Shown in pieces: positions 11,090-19,978 of a stretch of 64,000 nucleotides of DNA. The translations under genes and the position numbers were made by a program. Source of the stretch: an uncultured Verrucomicrobiae bacterium (GTDB taxonomy: Bacteria; Verrucomicrobiota; Verrucomicrobiia; Chthoniobacterales; JAFAMB01); assembly GCA_963813025.1 (NCBI GenBank), contig CAWEXO010000013.1, positions 544,001-608,000 on the forward strand, given 5' to 3'. The notes under the pieces are model-generated. The model had not been told where the DNA came from. It did no database searches and was given only the letters and a program-made list of their open reading frames with translations. Within the stretch, counting starts at the first letter, position 1. Each line of letters starts with the position of its first letter.

Positions 11090-11809
11090 TCATTGGGGCA
11101 GCTTCTTTTGTTCGTCCGACGGCAATGAGGAGGCCGGCACATTCCGGGAGAGCTGGAGCGCCCGGATATAAGCGATAATTGCCCAACGATCTGCCTCATT
11201 GACCCGATCGCCGTACGCGTACATCACTCCGTAACCATGTGTGATGACATTGAAAAAATGGCCTTCCGGCGCCGCCATAAGGCGCGGTTCGTGGAAGGAA
11301 GGAGGAGCGGGGAAACCACGCTGCACGATCATGCCATCGCCGTCCCCGGAAAACCCGTGGCACTCGGAACAGTAGATATTGAAACGTTCTCGACCGTGAG
11401 CGAGGTCTTCCGATGTGACCTGTCGCGGAAAGCCGATTACAAGGTGACCGTTAATTTCGCCATCTTCGAAGAAGGGGTCGCCGATTGAGTTCTCCCGCGC
11501 GACGGTGCCCGCAATGAGCGGGCGAGCTGAACTGTGATCAGGAAAGAAGTCATTCGATTGCTGTGTCTTGATCCGCGCATCCACGCGCATCTCGCGTTGG
11601 CAACCGCAGAGGATAAGCCAGATGAAGCAGGCGAGAACTTGTTTAAGCCGGAGGTTAGGGTGGGCCACAAGCTCCAGGCGGCTCAAACAAGTTCTCGCTA
11701 AGGCTCGAATGAATTTTCGCTCTACCGGCACAGGGGAGCGAGGCACTCTGAGAGGATCGATTAGGCGGTGCACGCCACACCCGACACGTTGAAAGTTGAG
11801 CGCCCTCAT
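11090..11809 (-). CDS. actE: Alternative complex III subunit ActE, monohaem cytochrome c lipoprotein with a repeat-derived N-terminal extension
   Basis: Lipobox-like LILCGC, GTVAR, CSECHG, GYGVM, DRWAIIAYIRALQLS; ATGA overlap with the actD stop. Confidence 0.9.
   Translation of the reverse strand: MRALNFQRVGCGVHRLIDPLRVPRSPVPVERKFIRALARTCLSRLELVAHPNLRLKQVLACFIWLILCGCQREMRVDARIKTQQSNDFFPDHSSARPLIAGTVARENSIGDPFFEDGEINGHLVIGFPRQVTSEDLAHGRERFNIYCSECHGFSGDGDGMIVQRGFPAPPSFHEPRLMAAPEGHFFNVITHGYGVMYAYGDRVNEADRWAIIAYIRALQLSRNVPASSLPSDEQKKLPQ
11628..11734 (-). repeat. GTAG-type REP/REPIN-like palindromic element, copy within the 5' end of actE
   Basis: 20-bp inverted repeat GCGAGAACTTGTTTAAGCCG (11631-11650) / CGGCTCAAACAAGTTCTCGC (11679-11698), 1 mismatch; reverse complement closely matches 24853-24957. 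Confidence 0.85.
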
Positions 11810-12378
11810 CGCATCACCTCCCCGTGACGCGGTACCGGATCTAAATAAAGTTCTGTTATGTTTGTTGATTGTGCGCTGCTGAGTAAGTCACGCCAGGATA
11901 CAAGATCAAAAGCCGGGTCGGACGCGGAAAGCAGCAGGCAGAAATGATCGGTAGTAACTCGTTCGAATCCGGGAACGTCAAAGACCGGATGATGTAATTG
12001 GGGCAAACCGTTTAACACGAGCATCCCGACAAGGCTGGACAATGCCGCGCCGAGCACAGTTAGTTCAAAGGTAACAGGAATAAACAATGGCCAACTGTGA
12101 AGCGGCCGGCCGCCGATATTTAATGGATAGGCCAGGCTTAACGCCCAGACTTGAAAGAAGTAGCCGGTGATCCCGCCGCCGATTCCTCCGAGAAGCGCGA
12201 TTAAGGGAACCCAGCTATGCTTTTGCTCCACGAGCTCCGGCATGCCTTCCGGCGAGGGAGCAAAGACATCGTAGCGGGTGAGGCCTGCCTGTCGCATACG
12301 GTTTACTGCGCCTTGCAGCTCCGCTTTGTCTGCGAAGAGAGCGGCTACGCCATAGAGCCGATTGGATCCGGTCTTCAT
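11806..12378 (-). CDS. actD: Alternative complex III subunit ActD (DUF3341)
   Basis: YPLNIGGRP..SWP.FIPVTFELTVL, NGLP.LHHPVF; start at ATGA overlap with actC. Confidence 0.9.
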   Translation of the reverse strand: MKTGSNRLYGVAALFADKAELQGAVNRMRQAGLTRYDVFAPSPEGMPELVEQKHSWVPLIALLGGIGGGITGYFFQVWALSLAYPLNIGGRPLHSWPLFIPVTFELTVLGAALSSLVGMLVLNGLPQLHHPVFDVPGFERVTTDHFCLLLSASDPAFDLVSWRDLLSSAQSTNITELYLDPVPRHGEVMR

Positions 12379-13778
12379 GCGACGCCTGGCTCCTGTTCCC
12401 CCAATAGCTCGCGGACTTCGTACATCGACATCAACGGGAGAAAACGAATGAACAAAAAGAGCAACGAAAGAAAAAGCCCGACAGAACCAAAAAGAACTGC
12501 CCAATCCCAGAATGTCGGAGCGTAGAATCCCCATCGGGACGGCAGAAAATCGCGGTGCAAGCTTACGATAATAATCACGAAACGCTCTACCCACATGCCG
12601 ACATTGACGCTCAAAGCGACAAAGAAGAGCTTCACCGGACTAGTGCGGATCCGGCGTGACCAGAGCAACTGCGGGATCAGTACGTTGAAGAGGATTAAGC
12701 ACCAGTAGACCCATCCATACGGGCCAATAACGCGGTTAAGCGTCATATATTGCTCGTAGATATCGCCGCTGAACCAGCCGAAGAAATTTTCGAGCACGTA
12801 TCCATAACTAACGATCAGTCCCATCGCGAGCATGACGTTCGCCATGTTGTTCAGATGGCGGAGCGTCACGACGTTTTCCAACCGATAGAAAGCTCGGAGC
12901 GGAATCAAGATGTTCAGCACCATCGCAAAACCCGAATAGACTGCGCCCGCGACAAAGTAAGGTGGAAAGATCGTTGAGTGCCAACCCGGCAGCATTGTTT
13001 CCGCAAAATCAAGGCTGACCACACTATGAACGGAAACGACCAACGGCGTGGAAAGCCCGGCGAGTAATAGGTAAAGACTCTTGTAGTTTCCCCAGTGCCG
13101 AGCAGAACCTCGCCAGCCGAGACAAAGAACCCCGAAGATTCGTCGAGAGAACCACGTCCGCGCCCGATCGCGCATCGTCGCCAGATCCGGGATCAAACCA
13201 GTATACCAGAAAACGAGTGAGACCGTGAAATAGGTGCCAACTGCAAAAAGATCCCAAATAAGAGCACTCCGAAACTGCGGCCAGAGCCCCATCGTGCTCG
13301 GATACGGAATCATCCAATAAAAAACCCAGGGGCGCCCGAGATGAAGAAGGGGAAACATCGCGGCGCATCCTACCGCGAACAACGTCATCGCTTCCGCTAA
13401 CCGGTTAATCGAATTCCGCCACTTCTGGGCGAGGAGCAAGAGAATTGCCGAGATCAGCGTTCCCGCATGGCCAATCCCGATCCACCAAACGAAGTTGACG
13501 ATGGCAAAACCCCACGCGACCGGGATGTTGATTCCCCAAACACCAACGCCGATCGCGAACAGCACGGTGATACCAAGCAAGAGGAGCATTAACAGGACGA
13601 AGGCAACGGCAAAACCAATCCACCAGGCGCGGGGATGCTCGCGGCGGAGAACGATTCCCGCAATTTGGTCAGTGACGTTCTCGCGAGTCAGACCGGCCGC
13701 GACAAGCTTTCTCGGATAGCCCAGTGGCGAAGTTTCGCCGCCTTGCCGACCTTGCCTATCGAGTTTTTCTACGGGCAT
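12375..13778 (-). CDS. actC: Alternative complex III subunit ActC (NrfD/PsrC family)
   Basis: NFVWWIGIGHAGTLISA, HLGRPW, SVHSVVS.DFA, PGWHSTIFPPYFVAGA, ERFVII. Confidence 0.95.
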   Translation of the reverse strand: MPVEKLDRQGRQGGETSPLGYPRKLVAAGLTRENVTDQIAGIVLRREHPRAWWIGFAVAFVLLMLLLLGITVLFAIGVGVWGINIPVAWGFAIVNFVWWIGIGHAGTLISAILLLLAQKWRNSINRLAEAMTLFAVGCAAMFPLLHLGRPWVFYWMIPYPSTMGLWPQFRSALIWDLFAVGTYFTVSLVFWYTGLIPDLATMRDRARTWFSRRIFGVLCLGWRGSARHWGNYKSLYLLLAGLSTPLVVSVHSVVSLDFAETMLPGWHSTIFPPYFVAGAVYSGFAMVLNILIPLRAFYRLENVVTLRHLNNMANVMLAMGLIVSYGYVLENFFGWFSGDIYEQYMTLNRVIGPYGWVYWCLILFNVLIPQLLWSRRIRTSPVKLFFVALSVNVGMWVERFVIIIVSLHRDFLPSRWGFYAPTFWDWAVLFGSVGLFLSLLFLFIRFLPLMSMYEVRELLGEQEPGVA

Positions 13779-13835
13779 AGCAAGGTGGACCTTAGGTAAA
13801 TGAGATGAAGAGACCGTTTCGCAGGATTGCCCGGT

Positions 13836-14009
13836 CCTGTGACGGTAGGGCGGAAATTTATTAGAGCCTCAGGCGAGAATTTGTTTGGCGGACACGTCAG
13901 ATAAAGAGATTGTCTCGCAACGCCCGAGGTCGGTAGGGGCAAGCTCCTGCTTGACCATCTGATTGCGCACCGCCTTTCGATCCGGACGAGCCGGAGCTCA
14001 TCCCTACCG
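13836..14009 (+). repeat. Composite REP-like region between actB and actC
   Basis: 13836-13890 (CCTGTGACGGTAGGGCGGAAATTTATTAGAGCCTCAGGCGAGAATTTGTTTG) is a diverged partial copy of the 24853 element; second IR CGGTAGGGGCAAGCTCC (13931-13947) / GGAGCTCATCCCTACCG (13993-14009). Confidence 0.7.
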
Positions 14010-14115
14010 CAGCCGTTCTTGACGCCATTCCGAAAGCGGCTCGGATAAATCTTCGGCCTACCGGCACAGCTTCCCGCCCACGTTGCAAAACAATAGTTAA
14101 ATTTTCGAGAGCGTT

Positions 14116-17046
14116 TCACGACGTCTCAGGGTCGGCTTTGGGTTTGCCGTTTTCTGGTTTCACTTTCGCCAAATAGGTAGTTCTGGGACGGGTATTCAGC
14201 TCGCCAAGTAAGGCGTAATTCAGCGGTGATCTTTTAAGCCGGGCGGCTCGGCCGGCGTGATTTTTGATATCGCCAAAAATGATCGCCTCGGTCGGACAAG
14301 ACTGTGCGCAGGCCGGAACAACTTCGTCAGGCCCCAGTGACCGATTTGCCACTTCTGCGTTAATCTCGGCGTTTCGAATGCGTTGGACGCAGTAGGTACA
14401 TTTCTCCATGATCCCGCGGGTGCGAACCGTGACTTCCGGGTTCCACATTAACTGCCGGACAGGAGTCTTCAGGTCGGCGTACTGCAGGAAGTTGAATCGT
14501 CGAACCTTGTAAGGGCAGTTGTTCGAGCAAAATCTGGTTCCGATGCAGCGATTGTACACCTGCTGATTGAGCCCTTCGGCGCTGTGGAGGGTGGCTTCTA
14601 CCGGGCAGACCAGCTCGCACGGCGCCGTTTCGCAATGCATGCAAGGCACCGGTTGATGATGCACTCGCGGGTTCGCGAGATCACCGTCAAAGTAGCTATC
14701 TACCCGGATCCAGTACATTTCACGGCCACGCCAGACCTGGTCCTTGCCAACCACGGAAATATTATTCTCCGCCTGGCAGGCAATCATGCAGGCGTTGCAT
14801 CCGATGCACGCGTTGAGATTAACCACCATCCCCCACTGCAGCGGTGCGGTAAGTAGCTCTGATGGATTAATGATCTCACTGCGCGCCGCTTCAGGGGAAA
14901 CCACGACCTGTTCCTTCTCCAGATCGGAACGATCAACTAGCCGTACTGGCTCGCGACCATCCATCGCGTGATGTAACTGCGTGGAAACCAGCTGATAAGT
15001 TTCGTTCAGCTTCCTGATCCGACATCCCGACCGGTTCCAGAGATCGCTCCCGCCGCGAAGCTGGTAGGTGGCAAAACCGGTGAGAGATGACACCCGTCCA
15101 TATGGAGCTCGGCCGGAATTCAGCAGCAGCGAGACAACGTTGGGCGCCTGACCCGGCTGGATCCAGACCGCGATCGCGAGCCTTTGTTGTCCAACCGCGA
15201 GCTCAACCATATCCCCGTTTCGCAGATCGAGCCTATGGGCAAGTTCAGCACTGATAAAAGCTGGGTTATCCCAACTAACTTTGCTGATCGGCAGAGGCAA
15301 CTCCTGAAGCCACGCGCAGTTCGCGTAACGCCCGTCCCAGAGTGTGGGATCAAGATGAAAGCTTATTTCGATCTGGTCGGGAGTGCCGGGCGGCGCCAAC
15401 GCTGGTAGTTTCGCTTCGCCTACTGTGATCGGCTCCAAGGCGGTGTTTGGGACGACACCATCGCGCAAAGCCTGTTCCCAGGCCAATTCAAAGTCTGCCC
15501 AATGACCCTTTTGCTGCCAGTACTGGCGAATAATCTGGTAGTCGCTTGATGAAAAATCCTCGAGGCATGCTGCCAACAATTCGTGCAAGGAGCGGCCCCC
15601 GTAGAGCGGCGCAATTAACGGCTGCACGATTGAGATTGTGCCGTCTGAGGCGCGCGCGTCGCTCCAGGTTTCCAGGGAATGCGCAGCCGGCAGGTGCCAG
15701 ACACACGCCTTTGCCGTCTCATTCTGATATTCGCCCCAATGAAGGGAATAACGCGCCCGGCGGAGCTTCGTATTTAAACCGAGTTCCGGAGGCGCCGTTG
15801 CCACTGGATCTCCGCCGAGCACCAGGACAAAATCAGCGGACTTGTTGTCCAGGGCAGAGCAGAGCTCTCGCAACCCTTCGAGTGGATCACTCGCATTGCC
15901 AATGACTGGGGAGAGGTAGCGAATGGCTGCGCCGGCGGAGCCGATCTGGTGATTCAGACTCTGCACCATCGCCTGAACTGGTGCCGGCTGACGCGGACCG
16001 GTGAGAAACAGGCAGCGAGAGCCGGCCTCTTTTGCGTCAGCAACGAGACGATCCAGCCATTCGACGATTCCCGGAGGAGGTGTTTCCGCCGGTGTCCCGG
16101 GCGTCCTCATGTTCGCTCCGAGCCGAATCGCGATTTGCAAAAGCAACGGTCCGATTCGGCTCGGTGCTACCGCGATTCGCCAGTCAGCCACCGTCCCGGT
16201 AAGTGTCATCGTCGGTTCAGCCGCATAAAGCTTTATCGGCCGAGTCGCCGCGCCGTTCTCAAAAGACCGCCGTCTGCCGAACGCGCGCGCCAATCGCAAG
16301 CTGTCGGGCTCTTCGAACAAAAAATCTGAATCGAGCGCGATGAGAACGTCGACCGAATCCAATTGGTATTCAGGTTCCAGCGGCTGACCAAAGAGCTGGC
16401 GGCAACCTTCGTGGATGTTGAAACGGGGGGCTGGTTGCCAGTGATGCCATTGCGCCTCGGGATATCGGTTTTGGAATTCTGCGATCTGCGCCTGCAAAGT
16501 CGGCGATGAGGAGTTCTCGATCAGGATATGAATCCCTCTGCCTCGAACGCCTTTCTTCGCGCGCAACTCGTCGGAGAGGTGGTCCAGCAAGACGTCCCAA
16601 GTCTGGATCGCATCACGTTCCAGAATATTTTGGGATCGATCCGGGTCATAGAGCTGTGATATTGCGGCCTGCTCAAATACGCTCGCGCCGCCCAGACTCG
16701 CAGGATGCCTTGGATTTCCCTCAACCTTGGTCGGACGACCTTCGTGGCTCTTGACAATTACTCCCGTGGCGTAGCCGTCGCGGAGCAGCACCGTCGCGAA
16801 ATGGAGCGGACGTCCCTGAGTCATTCCGTGCGGATCTTGTACATAAGGAACGATACTTTCCTGGGGCTGCTTGCTGCAGGCCCCTAGACCGGCCATTGCA
16901 AACGTCGCGCCCATGATCTTAACGAAATGCCGCCGATCAACCGGCTCGGCTGCCGCCGGGAATTCACCGGTCAGCCAAGGCGCGCATTCGGCTGCATCGG
17001 ACAGTTCGTCGACGCTCCGCCAGAAATGGGGCGTTTGACGTTTCAC
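14116..17046 (-). CDS. actB: Alternative complex III subunit ActB (molybdopterin-oxidoreductase-like domain + Fe-S domain)
   Basis: FWRSVDEL, Tat motif RRHFVK, CIGCNACMIAC, CMHC..APCE.VC, CIGTRFCSNNC, EKCTYC. Confidence 0.95.
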   Translation of the reverse strand: MKRQTPHFWRSVDELSDAAECAPWLTGEFPAAAEPVDRRHFVKIMGATFAMAGLGACSKQPQESIVPYVQDPHGMTQGRPLHFATVLLRDGYATGVIVKSHEGRPTKVEGNPRHPASLGGASVFEQAAISQLYDPDRSQNILERDAIQTWDVLLDHLSDELRAKKGVRGRGIHILIENSSSPTLQAQIAEFQNRYPEAQWHHWQPAPRFNIHEGCRQLFGQPLEPEYQLDSVDVLIALDSDFLFEEPDSLRLARAFGRRRSFENGAATRPIKLYAAEPTMTLTGTVADWRIAVAPSRIGPLLLQIAIRLGANMRTPGTPAETPPPGIVEWLDRLVADAKEAGSRCLFLTGPRQPAPVQAMVQSLNHQIGSAGAAIRYLSPVIGNASDPLEGLRELCSALDNKSADFVLVLGGDPVATAPPELGLNTKLRRARYSLHWGEYQNETAKACVWHLPAAHSLETWSDARASDGTISIVQPLIAPLYGGRSLHELLAACLEDFSSSDYQIIRQYWQQKGHWADFELAWEQALRDGVVPNTALEPITVGEAKLPALAPPGTPDQIEISFHLDPTLWDGRYANCAWLQELPLPISKVSWDNPAFISAELAHRLDLRNGDMVELAVGQQRLAIAVWIQPGQAPNVVSLLLNSGRAPYGRVSSLTGFATYQLRGGSDLWNRSGCRIRKLNETYQLVSTQLHHAMDGREPVRLVDRSDLEKEQVVVSPEAARSEIINPSELLTAPLQWGMVVNLNACIGCNACMIACQAENNISVVGKDQVWRGREMYWIRVDSYFDGDLANPRVHHQPVPCMHCETAPCELVCPVEATLHSAEGLNQQVYNRCIGTRFCSNNCPYKVRRFNFLQYADLKTPVRQLMWNPEVTVRTRGIMEKCTYCVQRIRNAEINAEVANRSLGPDEVVPACAQSCPTEAIIFGDIKNHAGRAARLKRSPLNYALLGELNTRPRTTYLAKVKPENGKPKADPETS

Positions 17047-17146
17047 GTTTCGGGTTTCACGTTGGCGGTCTTCGTCTTGTCTTCGAACATTTCATTGCAC
17101 GCCTGCTTCGGAGCGCTCCAACTTGACCAGTTCGCTTTCGGTTCTT

Positions 17147-17806
17147 TCAGCGATGGCATGTTGTGCAATCCATGATCTCCGTTGCGCTCTTAATTCCGGC
17201 CGGCCGAAAAACGTCGTCGTTTCTCCACTGCCGGCCTGAGGACGGTTTCCAGGTAAGGTTGAAAACCTCCGAGCGCGGCCGGAGAAACTCGGTCGGGTGT
17301 CGGTGACAACTGATGCACCACTGCATGTAAAGCGTCTGGTCTTTCCAGGTGATCGGCATCTCGCCGACATTGCCGTGACAGGTGGAGCAGCCAATGCCTT
17401 TGCTGACGTGAATGCTGTGGTTGAAATAGACAAAATCAGGCAGGTTATGGACTCGCTGCCACCTCATTGGTTTTGATTCCGCCAAACTGTCGCGCACCGG
17501 GGACAGGACCGGAGCCTGGGTCCAGATTTGCGAGTGGCATGTCATGCACGTGTGGGTGGATGGCATTCCCGCGTAAGCAGAGGTCTCGACCGAATCGTGA
17601 CAATAGCGGCAATCGATGCCGAGTTGCGCGACATGGTGTCTGTGGCTGAATGGAACCGGCTGCTCAATGGCGCGGTGGACATCGGTGTAATAAGGTGACC
17701 ACGTGACCACATAAGCGGCGTAGCAGAGGCCTCCGAGGAAAAAAGGGAACGCGATCAATCCAACTCGAAATCGTGTGTTCGCTCTCGGAGAAAAGATCTG
17801 GGACAT
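17147..17806 (-). CDS. actA: Alternative complex III subunit ActA, pentahaem cytochrome c
   Basis: MSQIF start, QPVPFSHRHH, five CxxCH motifs (CRYCH, CMTCH, CSTCH, CISCH, CTTCH). Confidence 0.93.
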   Translation of the reverse strand: MSQIFSPRANTRFRVGLIAFPFFLGGLCYAAYVVTWSPYYTDVHRAIEQPVPFSHRHHVAQLGIDCRYCHDSVETSAYAGMPSTHTCMTCHSQIWTQAPVLSPVRDSLAESKPMRWQRVHNLPDFVYFNHSIHVSKGIGCSTCHGNVGEMPITWKDQTLYMQWCISCHRHPTEFLRPRSEVFNLTWKPSSGRQWRNDDVFRPAGIKSATEIMDCTTCHR

Positions 17807-18138
17807 CGCAAGGTCCGGCTGACTGGGGAACAACCAACGGAGACGGAATGCGGAAGGGAACAGCCCGTCGGCAAAAAGGCTCCCCTTAACATCGCATTCG
17901 ACTACAAAGCTGGATGTGACGCTTTTCCTCGGGGATGACAAGCTGGGCAAAGCTGCGGACGTGGGCGTCCAGACGTAGAGACATCTGAACGGTATCAAAA
18001 GGAAAGCCGTGCCGGGCGACTACGGACAATATACAAAGATGGATTCGCGGGTCCGCCGAGCCTGTTTCATCGCACTTGGCCGATGATCGAGTGCCGAACT
18101 CCGACCACACCTCGCGGAGGTGTTAAAACCGGCAATTG

Positions 18139-18276
18139 CTAATTCGAGCCGGTCGTTTGTTTGGTTTGCTTGATCGAACTGCTGCTGGGAGAACTCGAAG
18201 TCGTCGAGCAGGCCGTAACGGCCGCCAGAACTAAACCAATGCTCAGGACAATGATAGAATGGCGCGCGATTTTCAT
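18139..18276 (-). CDS. Putative small lipoprotein (45 aa)
   Basis: MKIARHSIIVLSIGLVLAAVTAC lipoprotein signal followed by a Ser/Thr-rich tail. Confidence 0.5.
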   Translation of the reverse strand: MKIARHSIIVLSIGLVLAAVTACSTTSSSPSSSSIKQTKQTTGSN

Positions 18277-18586
18277 TATACGTTTTTCGCTTTCCGCGCC
18301 GTGATCGGTTTCCTGGAAAACGCGGTTTCGGCATGACGGATTTGTCGGGCTTCCGAACATTTCTAGCTAACACGGTGTATTTTGATTAACGCTCTGGCGA
18401 ATGGGCGAATCTGTGGGTACTGACTTACTCGTGATCCATGGCGGCTCGGAACAAACAAAATGCATATGCGGGCTGCCGCCGGCCAGTTCATCGGAGCCCG
18501 GAGTGTCGTCTACTTGAAGATGAGTGACCCGATTGCGCCCGGAAATGTTTCAAACTTCTGCCCGGTCGCCGTTCTATTCATGGCTC

Positions 18587-19654
18587 TCAGTTCTCAGGCC
18601 ACAGTGAATGGTATCGTGGATGACGAGGACCGATCGGGAGATGCACCGCAAAGCCATTCTCGGACGAATCATAGGCTGCCGCAATAATTTCGAGCGCGGC
18701 TCGCGCATCCTCCAACCTCACGGGCAGTTCACCACCTATCTCCAAAGCGCGAAAGAACCGCGAAAACTGCCCGGCATAGCCCTCCGGTTCCAAGTTGTTT
18801 GCCTGCACGATCGGCCTTAACTTTTCGGCAATCTGATCTGAAGGATAGGAAAATTTCCAGGGATCGTTCGAATTCGCGTAGGGCTGCTTGCCGCTTTCCG
18901 CGGTGACGTTGCGAAAAGTGAAGCGATGACGCGAGATCTCCTCAGAGGAACCAAGCGTCACGGCCATGGTGCCCATCGAGCCGTCTGCCATTTCCAGGGA
19001 CATTGCCACGCAATCTTCAACTTCAATTGCGTTTACCCGGGTCTTTGAGAAAGCGAAGACCCTTCGCGCAGGCCCAACAATATAGAGGATCATGTCGAGG
19101 GCGTGAATAGCTTGGCTGAGAAGGGCGCCTCCCAGTTCCGTTTTTTTTCGGCCGCGCCACGGATTTGCGTAATACTGAGCGGAACGCTTCCAGGCGACAT
19201 CAACATTAAAGACAAATGCTTCTCCGGTGAGACGTTGATCGATGAGTCGCTTCAAACGTTGCAAGCCATGCCCAAAGCGGTACTGAAAGATCGGCATCAG
19301 GCGCCCACGCGCGGCCTGGGCAGATTGCTGAAGACGATCGATTTCATTTAGGCTGCCGACGACTGGTTTTTCGGAAAAGACATGCTTGCCAGCATCGAGC
19401 GCGGCCTGGATTTGCTGAAAATGAAGGTTAGGCGGTGTGCAAATATCGATAATATCGATGTCCGCACGCTCGCAAAGCGGCTCGAACTGCTCAACAATCT
19501 CGGGAACTTGATACTTCGAAGCGACTTTTTTTGCACGTTTCCGATCGATGTCGCAGACGGCAATCACTCGGAACTGATCCGGGAGGGCTCGATAACCTTC
19601 GAGATGCTGGGCACCGATTCCGACGCCGATCACTGCCACGCGGAGAGAAGCCAT
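18587..19654 (-). CDS. Gfo/Idh/MocA family oxidoreductase
   Basis: VIGVGIG, CTPP..H, GKHVFSEKP, GGALLSQAIH.LD. Confidence 0.9.
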   Translation of the reverse strand: MASLRVAVIGVGIGAQHLEGYRALPDQFRVIAVCDIDRKRAKKVASKYQVPEIVEQFEPLCERADIDIIDICTPPNLHFQQIQAALDAGKHVFSEKPVVGSLNEIDRLQQSAQAARGRLMPIFQYRFGHGLQRLKRLIDQRLTGEAFVFNVDVAWKRSAQYYANPWRGRKKTELGGALLSQAIHALDMILYIVGPARRVFAFSKTRVNAIEVEDCVAMSLEMADGSMGTMAVTLGSSEEISRHRFTFRNVTAESGKQPYANSNDPWKFSYPSDQIAEKLRPIVQANNLEPEGYAGQFSRFFRALEIGGELPVRLEDARAALEIIAAAYDSSENGFAVHLPIGPRHPRYHSLWPEN

Positions 19655-19978
19655 AGAAAGCTCAATGCTACCTGTTAGAGTTTCTCATTCCAATGGAGTT
19701 CAGAAATGTCGTGCAACGATTCATCGACCATGCAAGCTATACTTGATTCACAGGAAAGGGAGTTCGACCGTTGCCGAGGGGAGGAGGCTTTTCGTAAAGG
19801 ATCCATACCAGTGCAGTTTCATATTGAAGAGGTCTTGGATCGATTATCTGACCAACCCCCTCCCCAGCCCATGTCGCTTGATGCCGTCAGCAAAGCTGCG
19901 TTTCCTCAGTCGTTGCCGGCGTTCGGGATCGAGCTTGGCTCTTTCTGGTTGGGGTGAAGTCCCCGGTCCTCCTCCTCT

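Noticed and set aside
14116..17046. Catalytic molybdoenzyme such as polysulfide reductase or formate dehydrogenase
   Set aside because: Fused Fe-S domain and the actA/C/D/E/F context identify it as ActB.
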